Positions 33,642-42,162 of a stretch of DNA of 64,000 bases are shown here, in pieces (the stretch's first letter is position 1; each line of letters begins with the position of its first letter). Below the pieces are notes generated by a model. That model made no database searches and was not told where the DNA came from. It worked only from the letters and a program-made list of their open reading frames with translations. The translations under genes and the position numbers were made by a program. Source of the stretch: Clostridiaceae bacterium. GTDB lineage: Bacteria > Bacillota > Clostridia > Oscillospirales > QAMX01. The stretch spans positions 3,134 through 67,133 of the forward strand of contig JAYFRF010000009.1 of assembly GCA_034926225.1 (NCBI GenBank). The letters are read 5' to 3'.

Positions 33642-35226
33642 CATGAAAAAAGAGCAGGAGCGGGATGAGCTCCACCGTGCCATTTGGGCGATTGCCGACG
33701 AGCTGCGTGGTGCCGTAGACGGTTGGGATTTTAAGAACTATGTGCTTGGAACGATGTTCTACCGCTATATTTCCGAAAATTTGACCGCGTACATCAACGA
33801 CGGCGAGATTGAAGCCGGAAATACCAGTTTTGACTATGCCAAACTGAAAGATGCGGAAGCGGAGGAAGCCCGCGTCGGCCTAGTGCAGGAAAAGGGATTC
33901 TTCATTCTGCCCAGTGAGCTTTTTTGCAACGTGAGAGCCAGAGCCGCCAGCGGAGAAGGTTGGACTTACCCCAACGGCAAAGAAAAGCTGCTCAATGAAA
34001 AGCTGGAGGAAGTGTTTAGCCACATCGAGGAATCCGCCCAAGGCAGTGCTTCTGAAAACAGTTTTGCAGGGCTATTCGATGACTTTGATGTAAACAGTAA
34101 CAAGCTGGGCAGTACCGTCGCAAAGAGAAATGAGCGTCTTGCAAAGCTGCTGGATGGCGTTGCCGCCATGAATCTCGGTTCTATCAAAGACCATGACATC
34201 GATGCTTTTGGCGATGCCTATGAATTTTTAATGACTATGTACGCCTCCAATGCAGGCAAATCGGGCGGCGAGTTTTTCACCCCAGCAGATGTGTCCGAAC
34301 TGTTGACCCGTCTTGGTACGGTGGGCAAGAAAACCATCAACAAGGTTTATGACCCCGCCTGCGGTTCCGGCTCTCTGCTTTTAAAAGCCGAAAAAATTCT
34401 GGGCAAAGATTCAGTTACTACCGGGTTCTATGGTCAGGAAATCAATATCACCACCTACAACCTTTGCCGCATAAATATGTTTCTGCACGATATTGGCTTT
34501 GATAAGTTTGATGTGGAGTGCGAGGATACACTGATTAACCCGCAGCACTGGGACGATGAGCCCTTTGAACTGATCGTATCCAATCCGCCCTACTCCATCA
34601 AATGGGTGGGCGATGAAAACCCCTTGCTCATTAACGACCCTCGGTTTTCTCCCGCTGGTATCCTTGCACCAAAGAGCAAAGCCGACCTTGCCTTTATCAT
34701 GCACAGCCTTTCTTGGCTTGCAAGCAACGGAACGGCTGCCCTAGTCTGCTTCCCGGGCATTATGTACCGTGGCGGCGCAGAACAGAAAATCCGTAAATAC
34801 TTAATCGACAACAACTTTGTGGACTGCATTATTCAGTTGCCAAGTAACCTGTTTTTTGGCACCTCCATTGCCACCTGCATCATGGTGATGAAGAAGAACA
34901 AGAGCGACAACAAAACCCTGTTTATTGACGCATCCAACGAGTGTATTAAGGTCACCAATAACAACAAGCTGACCCCGGTAAATATCGACCGCATTGTGGA
35001 CACCTTTGCAAAGCGGGAGGAAGTGGCGAACTTCTCCCACCTTGCCGGTTATGATGAAGTAGCAGAAAACAACTATAACCTCTCGGTTTCCACCTATGTG
35101 GAGGAGGAGGACACCCGGGAAGAGATTGATATTGCCAAGCTGAATGCTGAGATTGAAGAAATCGTCATGCGCGAGGACGAACTGCGAGAAGCTATTCGGA
35201 ATATTATTGAAGAAATCGAGGCGTAA
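33634..35226 (+). CDS. hsdM: Type I restriction-modification system, methyltransferase subunit
   Basis: The N-terminal HsdM_N-like region has LWAIADELRG. Motif I is VYDPACGSGSLL and motif IV is VSNPPYSIKW. Confidence 0.95.
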   Translation: MADMKKEQERDELHRAIWAIADELRGAVDGWDFKNYVLGTMFYRYISENLTAYINDGEIEAGNTSFDYAKLKDAEAEEARVGLVQEKGFFILPSELFCNVRARAASGEGWTYPNGKEKLLNEKLEEVFSHIEESAQGSASENSFAGLFDDFDVNSNKLGSTVAKRNERLAKLLDGVAAMNLGSIKDHDIDAFGDAYEFLMTMYASNAGKSGGEFFTPADVSELLTRLGTVGKKTINKVYDPACGSGSLLLKAEKILGKDSVTTGFYGQEINITTYNLCRINMFLHDIGFDKFDVECEDTLINPQHWDDEPFELIVSNPPYSIKWVGDENPLLINDPRFSPAGILAPKSKADLAFIMHSLSWLASNGTAALVCFPGIMYRGGAEQKIRKYLIDNNFVDCIIQLPSNLFFGTSIATCIMVMKKNKSDNKTLFIDASNECIKVTNNNKLTPVNIDRIVDTFAKREEVANFSHLAGYDEVAENNYNLSVSTYVEEEDTREEIDIAKLNAEIEEIVMREDELREAIRNIIEEIEA

Positions 35227-36440
35227 TGATGAGCAAATTAAATGAATTGATTGCTAAATTATGCCCATATGGGGTGGAATATCGAGAACTCGGGGCATTC
35301 GCCCAAAATGAGAAGAAAAAGAATATAGGAGAACATTGTAAGTTGGCCTACAGCATTACACAAGCGGGATTGATTCCCACTTCCGAATACTTCAAAGGTG
35401 CAAAAGTTACAAGTGATGATACTTCCGGATATAGAATTGTAAAAAGAAATTGGTTTGTATATTCTCCTTCTCGAATTGATGTTGGTTCAATTAATTATCT
35501 TAGAGATAAAGATGAAGTGATCGTGAGTCCGCTCAATGTTGTTTTTAGTGTTAATGAAACGGAGATCCGTCCAGATTATCTCTTATACTTTCTGAACTCA
35601 CGGAGCGGAACATGGCAAATAATAACGAGTCGAGAGGGAATCGAGGGTACAGGACGAAAACTGCTACCGTTTGATAAGTTTAAGAAAATAATAGTTCCCG
35701 TTCCCCCTCTGCCCGTGCAGGCTGAGCTTGTCCGTATTCTGGACAATTTTACGGAACTTACAGCGGAGCTTACAGCGGAACTTACAGCGAGAAAAAAGCA
35801 GTATGAATATTATAGAGATAGTCTGTTGAAATGTGACAGCAGCGCTGAATGGAAATCAATGGGAGAAATCGGAAATTTTATAAGGGGTAGAAGATTTGTT
35901 CATGCAGATGATAGGCAAAATGGTATTCCTTGTATTCATTATGGCGAATTGTATACCCATTATGGCATTTCGGCAACGAATGTAAAAACTTATATAAATC
36001 CAGAGTTAAAAACCAACTTCCGATATGCAAAAAAGAATGATGTTGTTATTGTTGCGGCTGGAGAAAATAAGGTTGATATTGGGGTTGGAGTTGCTTGGCT
36101 GGGCAATTATGATGTTGCGATACACGACGCTTGCTTTATTTTCTGCCATAATCAAAATCCTAAATATATATCATATTTCTTGCGAACGGAAATGTTTCAC
36201 CAGCAAATTATTAAATTTGTGTCAGAAGGTAAAATATGTTCTATATCTGCCAATGGACTTGCAAAAGCAAAAATCCCGTTGCCACCCCTTGCCGAACAAC
36301 AGCGCATCGTCACCATCCTCGACCATTTCGATACCCTTTGCAACGATATTTCAACCGGTCTCCCCGCTGAAATCGCCGCACGACAAAAGCAATATGAATA
36401 CTATCGGGACAAGCTGCTGTCATTCCAAGAATTGACCTGA
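35226..36440 (+). CDS. hsdS: Type I restriction-modification system, specificity subunit
   Basis: Two target-recognition halves are each followed by a conserved helix (ELTARKKQYEYYRDSLL and AEIAARQKQYEYYRDKLL). The start overlaps the hsdM stop (TAATG). Confidence 0.9.
   Translation: MMSKLNELIAKLCPYGVEYRELGAFAQNEKKKNIGEHCKLAYSITQAGLIPTSEYFKGAKVTSDDTSGYRIVKRNWFVYSPSRIDVGSINYLRDKDEVIVSPLNVVFSVNETEIRPDYLLYFLNSRSGTWQIITSREGIEGTGRKLLPFDKFKKIIVPVPPLPVQAELVRILDNFTELTAELTAELTARKKQYEYYRDSLLKCDSSAEWKSMGEIGNFIRGRRFVHADDRQNGIPCIHYGELYTHYGISATNVKTYINPELKTNFRYAKKNDVVIVAAGENKVDIGVGVAWLGNYDVAIHDACFIFCHNQNPKYISYFLRTEMFHQQIIKFVSEGKICSISANGLAKAKIPLPPLAEQQRIVTILDHFDTLCNDISTGLPAEIAARQKQYEYYRDKLLSFQELT
35751..35789 (+). 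repeat. Tandem 12-bp repeats encoding (T)ELTAELTAELTA in the central conserved region of HsdS
   Basis: ACGGAACTT ACAGCGGAGCTT ACAGCGGAACTT ACAGCG. Confidence 0.9.
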
Positions 36441-36453
36441 GGAGGTGTAGAAA

Positions 36454-39400
36454 GTGCCATTTTTCAATATTGTTGCCGAAACCAATAAAAACACCGTTGT
36501 TACCGAATATGAGCCGGTCAGAACCCGATCCGATAGCTACCAGAGCGAGTCGGCCTTGGAACAGGAGTTTATTCGTCTGCTGTGTGAGCAAGGCTATGAT
36601 TATCTGCCCATCCACACCGAGGCCGACCTGATTGCCAACCTTCGCACAAAGCTGGAAGAACTCAACGATTACACCTTTACTGATACGGAATGGGAACGCT
36701 TCTTTTCCGACTGCATTGCCAACAAAAACGACGGCATTGTGGAAAAGACCCGCAAAATCCAAGAGGATTATGTGCAGGTGCTAAAGCGTGATGATGCCAT
36801 GACTAAAAACATCACGCTTATCGATAAAAAGAACATCCACAACAACCGCTTGCAGGTCATCAATCAGTACGTGCTTGGCAAAGAGGACGGCGCAACATAT
36901 GACAACCGCTATGATGAGACAGTGCTTGTAAATGGCCTGCCTCTTGTACATATCGAACTGAAACGCCGGGGCGTTGCCATTCGGGAGGCGTTCAACCAAA
37001 TTAACCGTTATCAGCGCGACAGCTTTTGGGCGGGCTGTGGCCTGTTTGAATATGTGCAGATTTTTGTCATCTCCAACGGCACGAACACCAAGTATTATTC
37101 CAACAGCACCCGATTTAATGCCATCAAAGATGCGTCATCCGGCAAAACCAAAAAGGGCAAAACAAGCAACAGCTTTGAGTTTACCTCGTTCTGGGCGGAC
37201 GCCAACAACAAGACGATTCCCGACCTGATTGACTTTACGAAGACCTTCTTTGCCCGGCACGCAATTTTAAATATTTTGACGAAGTACTGTGTTTTCACTT
37301 CTGAGAATATGCTGATGGTCATGCGTCCCTATCAGATTACCGCAACCGAGCGCATCCTCAACCGCATTGAGATTGCGCACAACTACAGAAAATACGGTGA
37401 CATTGCCGCCGGCGGTTATATCTGGCACACCACCGGTTCCGGTAAAACCTTGACTTCCTTCAAGACTGCACGGATTGCCTCGCAGTTGCCGTACATAAAT
37501 AAAGTCCTGTTTGTGGTAGACCGCAAAGACCTCGACTATCAGACCATGAAGGAATACGACCGCTTTGAAAAAGGTGCTGCCAACAGCAACACCTCAACTG
37601 CAATTTTGCAAAAACAGCTTGCTGGAACAAAAGAGCGTATCATCATCACCACAATTCAGAAGCTGTCGACCTTTATCAAGAAAAACAAGGAGCACTCGGT
37701 ATATAACAAAAACGTAGTTATTATCTTTGACGAGTGCCACCGTAGCCAGTTCGGAGATATGCACACGGCAATCGTGCAGAACTTCAAAAAGTATTATATG
37801 TTTGGCTTTACCGGAACTCCAATTTTCTCGGTTAACGCAGGCCGCGCGAAAAATGCGCAGTTCTTCACCACAGAGCAGACCTTCGGCGATCAGCTCCACG
37901 CCTACACCATTGTAGATGCCATCAACGATAGAAACGTGCTGCCCTTCCGTGTGGACTATATCAAAACAATGGATACTGACCGGGATATCGACGACGAGCA
38001 GGTTTGGGACATCGACCGTGAAAAGGCGTTCATGGCTCCGCAGCGCATTTCATTGGTCGCCAAATACATCCTGGATCACTTCGATCAGAAAACCTATCGT
38101 GGCGATAAGTCGTACATCTTTAGTCAGATGACAAATATTTCAGATGTAGCCTCGGCGAAAAGAGGAGCAGTTGAGGAAATTAAACAAAAACAGCGTATCA
38201 GCGGTTTCAACTCTATTTTTGCGGTGGCGTCTGTGGACATAGCAAAGCTGTATTATGATGAATTCCGCAAGAAGATGCGGGAAGACCCCATCAAGCAACT
38301 AAAAATCGCTGTAATCTACAGCTATGCCCCGAATGAGGAAGAAACTGACGGCATCCTTGATGAGGAAAATCCGGAGGATACTTCCGCACTGGACAAGACC
38401 TCCCGCGATTTTCTGGAGAGTGCAATAGACGATTATAACGGGATGTTCCACACCACCTATGACACCTCTTCCGACAAGTTTCAGAACTACTACAAGGATG
38501 TATCTCTGCGGATGAAGAACAAGGAACTGGACCTTTTAATTGTGGTCAACATGTTCCTCACCGGCTTTGACGCTACTACGCTCAACACTCTGTGGGTAGA
38601 TAAAAACCTCAAGATGCACGGCTTGATTCAGGCATTCAGCCGCACCAATCGAATTCTCAATTCGATTAAGACTTTCGGTAATATTGTTTGCTTCCGCAAT
38701 TTGCAAAAGAGAGTGGATGCAGCAATCTCGCTGTTCGGAGATAAAAATGCCGGCGGTATTGTTTTGCTGCAGAGCTTCAAAGATTATTATTACGGATACG
38801 AATCTGTGGATGGCACCCCGAAGCCGGGTTACATTGATATGATCGAGGACTTGTCAAACAAGTTCCCTCTGTCAGAGCCACAGATTATTGGCGAAAAGAA
38901 TCAGAAGGACTTTATTTCACTGTTTGGCGCTATCCTGCGTATTCGTAATCTTTTGGTCTCCTTTGATGAATTTAAGGGGAAAGAAATGATTACCGAGCGC
39001 GATCTGCAGGATTATCTGGGCAGATACCAGGACCTGCGCGATGAATGGAAGCGCAAACGTGAAAATGGTGAAAGCACTGATATTATTGATGATATTGTAT
39101 TCGAGATTGAACTGATCAAGCAAATCGAAATCAATATTGACTATATTCTTATGCTGGTGAAGAAGTACCACGATACGCATTGTGAGGACAAAGAGGTGCT
39201 TGTCACCATCAAAAAGGCAATCGACGCCAGCCCTGAACTGCGCAGCAAAAAGCAGCTGATTGAAACCTTTATTGCCGGGGTCAATGATGTGGATGATGTC
39301 ATGAGCGAATGGCATGGTTTCGTTGCCCAGCAGCGCGAGCAGGATCTTTCTGCACTGATTCAAGACGAAAAGTTGAAGCCGGCAGAAACTCGTATTTTCT

Positions 39401-39585
39401 TGGAAAACTCGTTCCGAGAAGGCGAGATAAAGACTGTTGGTACGGATATTGATAGAATTATGTCACCTGTGAGCCGCTTTGGGGGCGGAAATAGGGAGAA
39501 AAAGAAACAGAGTATCATTGATAAGCTGAAAGCATTCTTTGAGAAGTATTTTGGAATTGGTGGATCGAATAAATTTACATGCTGA
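36454..39585 (+). CDS. hsdR: Type I restriction-modification system, restriction (helicase-nuclease) subunit
   Basis: A 1043-aa ORF with a GTG start after GAGGAGGTG. Motifs are HTTGSGKTLTSF, FDECHRSQFG, and the C-terminal helicase motif FSRTNR. Confidence 0.95.
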   Translation: MPFFNIVAETNKNTVVTEYEPVRTRSDSYQSESALEQEFIRLLCEQGYDYLPIHTEADLIANLRTKLEELNDYTFTDTEWERFFSDCIANKNDGIVEKTRKIQEDYVQVLKRDDAMTKNITLIDKKNIHNNRLQVINQYVLGKEDGATYDNRYDETVLVNGLPLVHIELKRRGVAIREAFNQINRYQRDSFWAGCGLFEYVQIFVISNGTNTKYYSNSTRFNAIKDASSGKTKKGKTSNSFEFTSFWADANNKTIPDLIDFTKTFFARHAILNILTKYCVFTSENMLMVMRPYQITATERILNRIEIAHNYRKYGDIAAGGYIWHTTGSGKTLTSFKTARIASQLPYINKVLFVVDRKDLDYQTMKEYDRFEKGAANSNTSTAILQKQLAGTKERIIITTIQKLSTFIKKNKEHSVYNKNVVIIFDECHRSQFGDMHTAIVQNFKKYYMFGFTGTPIFSVNAGRAKNAQFFTTEQTFGDQLHAYTIVDAINDRNVLPFRVDYIKTMDTDRDIDDEQVWDIDREKAFMAPQRISLVAKYILDHFDQKTYRGDKSYIFSQMTNISDVASAKRGAVEEIKQKQRISGFNSIFAVASVDIAKLYYDEFRKKMREDPIKQLKIAVIYSYAPNEEETDGILDEENPEDTSALDKTSRDFLESAIDDYNGMFHTTYDTSSDKFQNYYKDVSLRMKNKELDLLIVVNMFLTGFDATTLNTLWVDKNLKMHGLIQAFSRTNRILNSIKTFGNIVCFRNLQKRVDAAISLFGDKNAGGIVLLQSFKDYYYGYESVDGTPKPGYIDMIEDLSNKFPLSEPQIIGEKNQKDFISLFGAILRIRNLLVSFDEFKGKEMITERDLQDYLGRYQDLRDEWKRKRENGESTDIIDDIVFEIELIKQIEINIDYILMLVKKYHDTHCEDKEVLVTIKKAIDASPELRSKKQLIETFIAGVNDVDDVMSEWHGFVAQQREQDLSALIQDEKLKPAETRIFLENSFREGEIKTVGTDIDRIMSPVSRFGGGNREKKKQSIIDKLKAFFEKYFGIGGSNKFTC

Positions 39586-39616
39586 TCAAATTTTGCGCTC
39601 GGGAGGTGTTGAGCAT

Positions 39617-39946
39617 ATGGGCCGAGGTTAAAGTATCAATCTATTTTTAATGGACGGAACCGCCACGGGACGAATAAAACGTACCCTTGCTAACTGGACG
39701 AGTGTGGCATATAACAAATAGTGTTGTCTCGCTCACACCTACCAAAAGTTGTCCGGAAGCAATTATTAAGCGTAGAAAAGCCTGTCAGGAAAAATCGATG
39801 TCGAGGGCGTGTTAACTGAAAACACTTTGTTTGGAAGTCCCTCCACAGCGGCGGCCTTTGTTACTTTTGGCGGTGCTAATGGAAATATTATATGGGAAAC
39901 CGCTGAAGGACACACTTTAAAAGACGTCGAGCGGTCTGAAAGCTAG
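39617..39946 (+). pseudogene. Decayed DUF4357/GIY-YIG-associated gene remnant
   Basis: The pieces lie in different frames. They are M-G-R-G-stop; AEVKVSIYF; LMDGTATGRIKRTLANWTSVAYNK-stop; and a C-terminal piece ENTLFGSPSTAAAFVTFGGANGNIIWETAEGHTLKDV, which is the DUF4357 signature. The middle of the gene is missing. Confidence 0.6.
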
Positions 39947-40190
39947 CTAGTAAATGCCGCTAAAGATAGTGCAGGCATGCGATAGCCAGGGCGTTTTGAA
40001 CCCTTTTATTTTTCCTTGAACTTCGTTATTTTTCGTAGAACTATTTTATTTTTCCTAAAGGGGTATTCAAATTGTGCCTTGAGCCGAGAGTACTTCCGAA
40101 GCCCCAAGACGCAAAAAAAGCCTGCAATACAAAGAATTTTGCATACCCGTATGGGGCAAATCCCTTGTATTGCAGGCTTTCTTGATATGA

Positions 40191-40236
40191 ATAATAAAAG
40201 AATTGACCGTAGCATTGTATCAATGCTACGGTCAAT
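40191..40236 (-). terminator. Rho-independent terminator downstream of tRNA-Leu
   Basis: A perfect 16-bp stem ATTGACCGTAGCATTG / CAATGCTACGGTCAAT with a 3-nt loop. On the minus strand it is followed by TTCTTTTATTAT. Confidence 0.7.
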
Positions 40237-40239
40237 GTT

Positions 40240-40326
40240 TGGTGCCGGTGGCGGGGGTCGAACCCGCACGGTGTCGCCACCGCGGGATTTTGAGTCCCGT
40301 ACGTCTGCCAATTCCATCACACCGGC
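40240..40326 (-). tRNA. tRNA-Leu (anticodon CAA), class II with long variable arm, CCA encoded
   Basis: GCCGGTG...ACGGGA-CTCAAAA-TCCCG-CGGTGGCGACACCGTG-CGGGTTCGACCCCCG-CCACCGGC-A-CCA folds as a cloverleaf, with CAA at positions 34-36. Confidence 0.9.
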
Positions 40327-40339
40327 TTAAAGCATACTT

Positions 40340-40368
40340 ATTATAGCACGGCTTACCCGAAAAAGCAA
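40340..40368 (-). promoter_or_regulatory. Sigma-70-like promoter of tRNA-Leu
   Basis: In minus-strand reading: TTGCTT, 17 nt, TATAAT, ending about 13 nt before the tRNA 5' end. Confidence 0.6.
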
Positions 40369-40542
40369 GGGCTTTTTGTAAGAGGAAATGAGCATAAAAG
40401 ATTATAATATTCACTGCATTAATACAGCATAAACATTAATGCAATCATTGCATAAATCCTATTGCGTTTTTTATAGGTTTGTGCTATACTGGAAACAGAT
40501 AAATTCGCATAGGGTTTAGTACTATGAAGGAGGATTATTCAT

Positions 40543-41856
40543 ATGGCGAAGAAGAAAGCTTCCGATTTCCGTTACAATACCGGCGAGACGAAGGTGCCGT
40601 GGGCTGCCGTCGGCGAAAACTACAACGCGGGCGACCTGATGAGCGTCGTCGAGTTCCTGATGCAGGGTTCGGGCGACGCGTATGATGCGGCACTGTCTGC
40701 TGTCCGCGAAAAGGTGAACGCCCTCGCCGCCATATCCGCCCCGCCGGCAAAACTGTCGCTCGATACCAAGGTCGCGCAGGCCGAGCAGGCCGTGGACGAA
40801 TATCTCGGTACGGAGGCCAGCACATTCGTGCCGAGCTGCACCGCGGGCTTTGAAATCGCATTCCGTTATTGCAACATTGGCCCGGGAGACGAGGTCATCG
40901 TTCCCGCGATCACCTTCATCGCGACGATGGCATACCCCCTCGCCGCCGGCGCCAAGGTCGTCTTCTGCGACGTCGATCCCCGCACGCTGAACATGAATCC
41001 CGCGGACCTCGAGCGCAAGATCACCTCCAAGACGAAGATGATCGTCCCAGTCGATATCGGCGGCTACCCCTGTGACCTCGACGCGATTATGGCGATCGCC
41101 CGCAAGCATAACATCACCGTACTCGAGGACGGCGCGCATTCGTTCGGCGCCGAGTACAAGGGCCGCAAGATCGGCACCATCGCCGACTTCACCGGTTTCT
41201 CCCTCCACGAGGTCAAGAACATCACCTCCTACGGCGAAGGCGGCATCCTCTCCACGACGATCGACTCCTTCCGTCCGTATATCAAGCGCTGCCGCTTCTT
41301 CGGTACCACCTTTGAGCGCCAGATCAAGGATTGGCTCTACGATGTCGAGCTGATCCCCGGCAAGTACGCCCCGTTCGTCGCCCTCAACGCCTCGACCACC
41401 GAAATCCAGGCCGTCGGTTTGATGAACCAGCTCGAGCGCGTCGATCAGATCATCGCCGAGCGCGCCGCGAACGCCGCATACCTGAATTCCCGCTTCGCCG
41501 AAAACGACGCCATCATCCCGCAGCTCCTCGGCGACGACGAAATTAAACCTTCCTTCCATCTCTATCAGCTCCAGATCGACCCGGCCAAAGCCGGCGGCGA
41601 CATCCAGATGCTCAAAAAGAAGCTCGAAGCGCGCGGCGTCACCAACATCCCGCATTTTGGCCCGCTCTACCGCTTCGATATCATCCGTGCACTCGGCTAC
41701 GATGTGGACGCAATCGCCGCGTCCTGCCCCAACACCGAGGAAGTTTTCTACCACCGCTTCACCCATCTCCCCGTCTACGATCTGACGCGCGAACAGCTCG
41801 AGTACATGGCCGACGCCATCCTGGACGCTGTCGCTGAAATGCAGGCCGGGAAATAA
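40543..41856 (+). CDS. DegT/DnrJ/EryC1/StrS-family PLP-dependent aminotransferase
   Basis: DEVIVPAITFIATMAYPLAAGAKVVFCDVDPRTLNM...VPVDIGGYPCDLD...LEDGAHSFGA...FSLHEVKNITS. Confidence 0.85.
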   Translation: MAKKKASDFRYNTGETKVPWAAVGENYNAGDLMSVVEFLMQGSGDAYDAALSAVREKVNALAAISAPPAKLSLDTKVAQAEQAVDEYLGTEASTFVPSCTAGFEIAFRYCNIGPGDEVIVPAITFIATMAYPLAAGAKVVFCDVDPRTLNMNPADLERKITSKTKMIVPVDIGGYPCDLDAIMAIARKHNITVLEDGAHSFGAEYKGRKIGTIADFTGFSLHEVKNITSYGEGGILSTTIDSFRPYIKRCRFFGTTFERQIKDWLYDVELIPGKYAPFVALNASTTEIQAVGLMNQLERVDQIIAERAANAAYLNSRFAENDAIIPQLLGDDEIKPSFHLYQLQIDPAKAGGDIQMLKKKLEARGVTNIPHFGPLYRFDIIRALGYDVDAIAASCPNTEEVFYHRFTHLPVYDLTREQLEYMADAILDAVAEMQAGK

Positions 41857-41871
41857 TCTGGCGATAGCCTT

Positions 41872-42100
41872 CCTTCCCTCTGCTTTCGGTGAAAGCAGAG
41901 GGAAGGCTTGTCGGAGGGGGACTTCTCGTCCCCCTCCGACACCACCTCCGCGCCAGTATTCTTTCTGCGGCAGAAAGAATACTGGACAAGAAAGCACCTT
42001 TTTGAGGACGGGGAAAACGCCTGAGGGCGTTTTTTATACGAGAGAGCAGCTATTACCGCGTACCGGTTTTTGACGGCGCGGTGACAGCTGCTCTTTTTTG
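41872..42100. repeat. Array of five consecutive near-perfect hairpins (REP-like / terminator cluster)
   Basis: The stems are 41872-41906 (16 bp), 41910-41938 (12 bp), 41953-41985 (15-16 bp), about 42014-42036 (followed by a T-run), and about 42052-42100 (nested, followed by a T-run). Confidence 0.75.
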
Positions 42101-42162
42101 CTTTACAAAGCGGGGGCTATGACGTATAATAAAGAATAAGATTATTTGCCCGATGGGAGTGT

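Larger units (their letters stand above)
30800..40239 (+). other. AT-rich accessory (defence) island between the phage early end and tRNA-Leu
   Basis: A visible drop in GC relative to both flanks, judged by eye. Its content is NACHT NTPase, HTH, Type I R-M and a decayed DUF4357 gene. It abuts the 3' end of a tRNA gene. Confidence 0.6.

Noticed and set aside
30590-40330. att sites or direct repeats of the tRNA-Leu 3' end delimiting the island, and an integrase gene.
   Set aside because: I found no copy of the tRNA 3' segment and no recombinase ORF in the window. The only shared string near both island ends is an 8-mer (ACTTCGTT), which is not significant.
40006-40414. ORFs 40006-40320, 40016-40330, 40041-40280 and 40232-40414.
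   Set aside because: They overlap the tRNA-Leu gene, its terminator hairpin and a long imperfect hairpin (about 40119-40182). They have no coding signal.
40522-41997. A 491-aa minus-strand ORF covering the DegT gene. Similar long antisense ORFs lie at 42142-43050, 45509-46165, 54390-56006, 56056-56817, 56845-58137, 58213-59274 and 62738-63946.
   Set aside because: They run antisense to genes with clear family signatures. Their Gly/Arg/Ala/Asp-rich, low-complexity composition is typical of open antisense frames in GC-rich DNA, and they lack RBSs.
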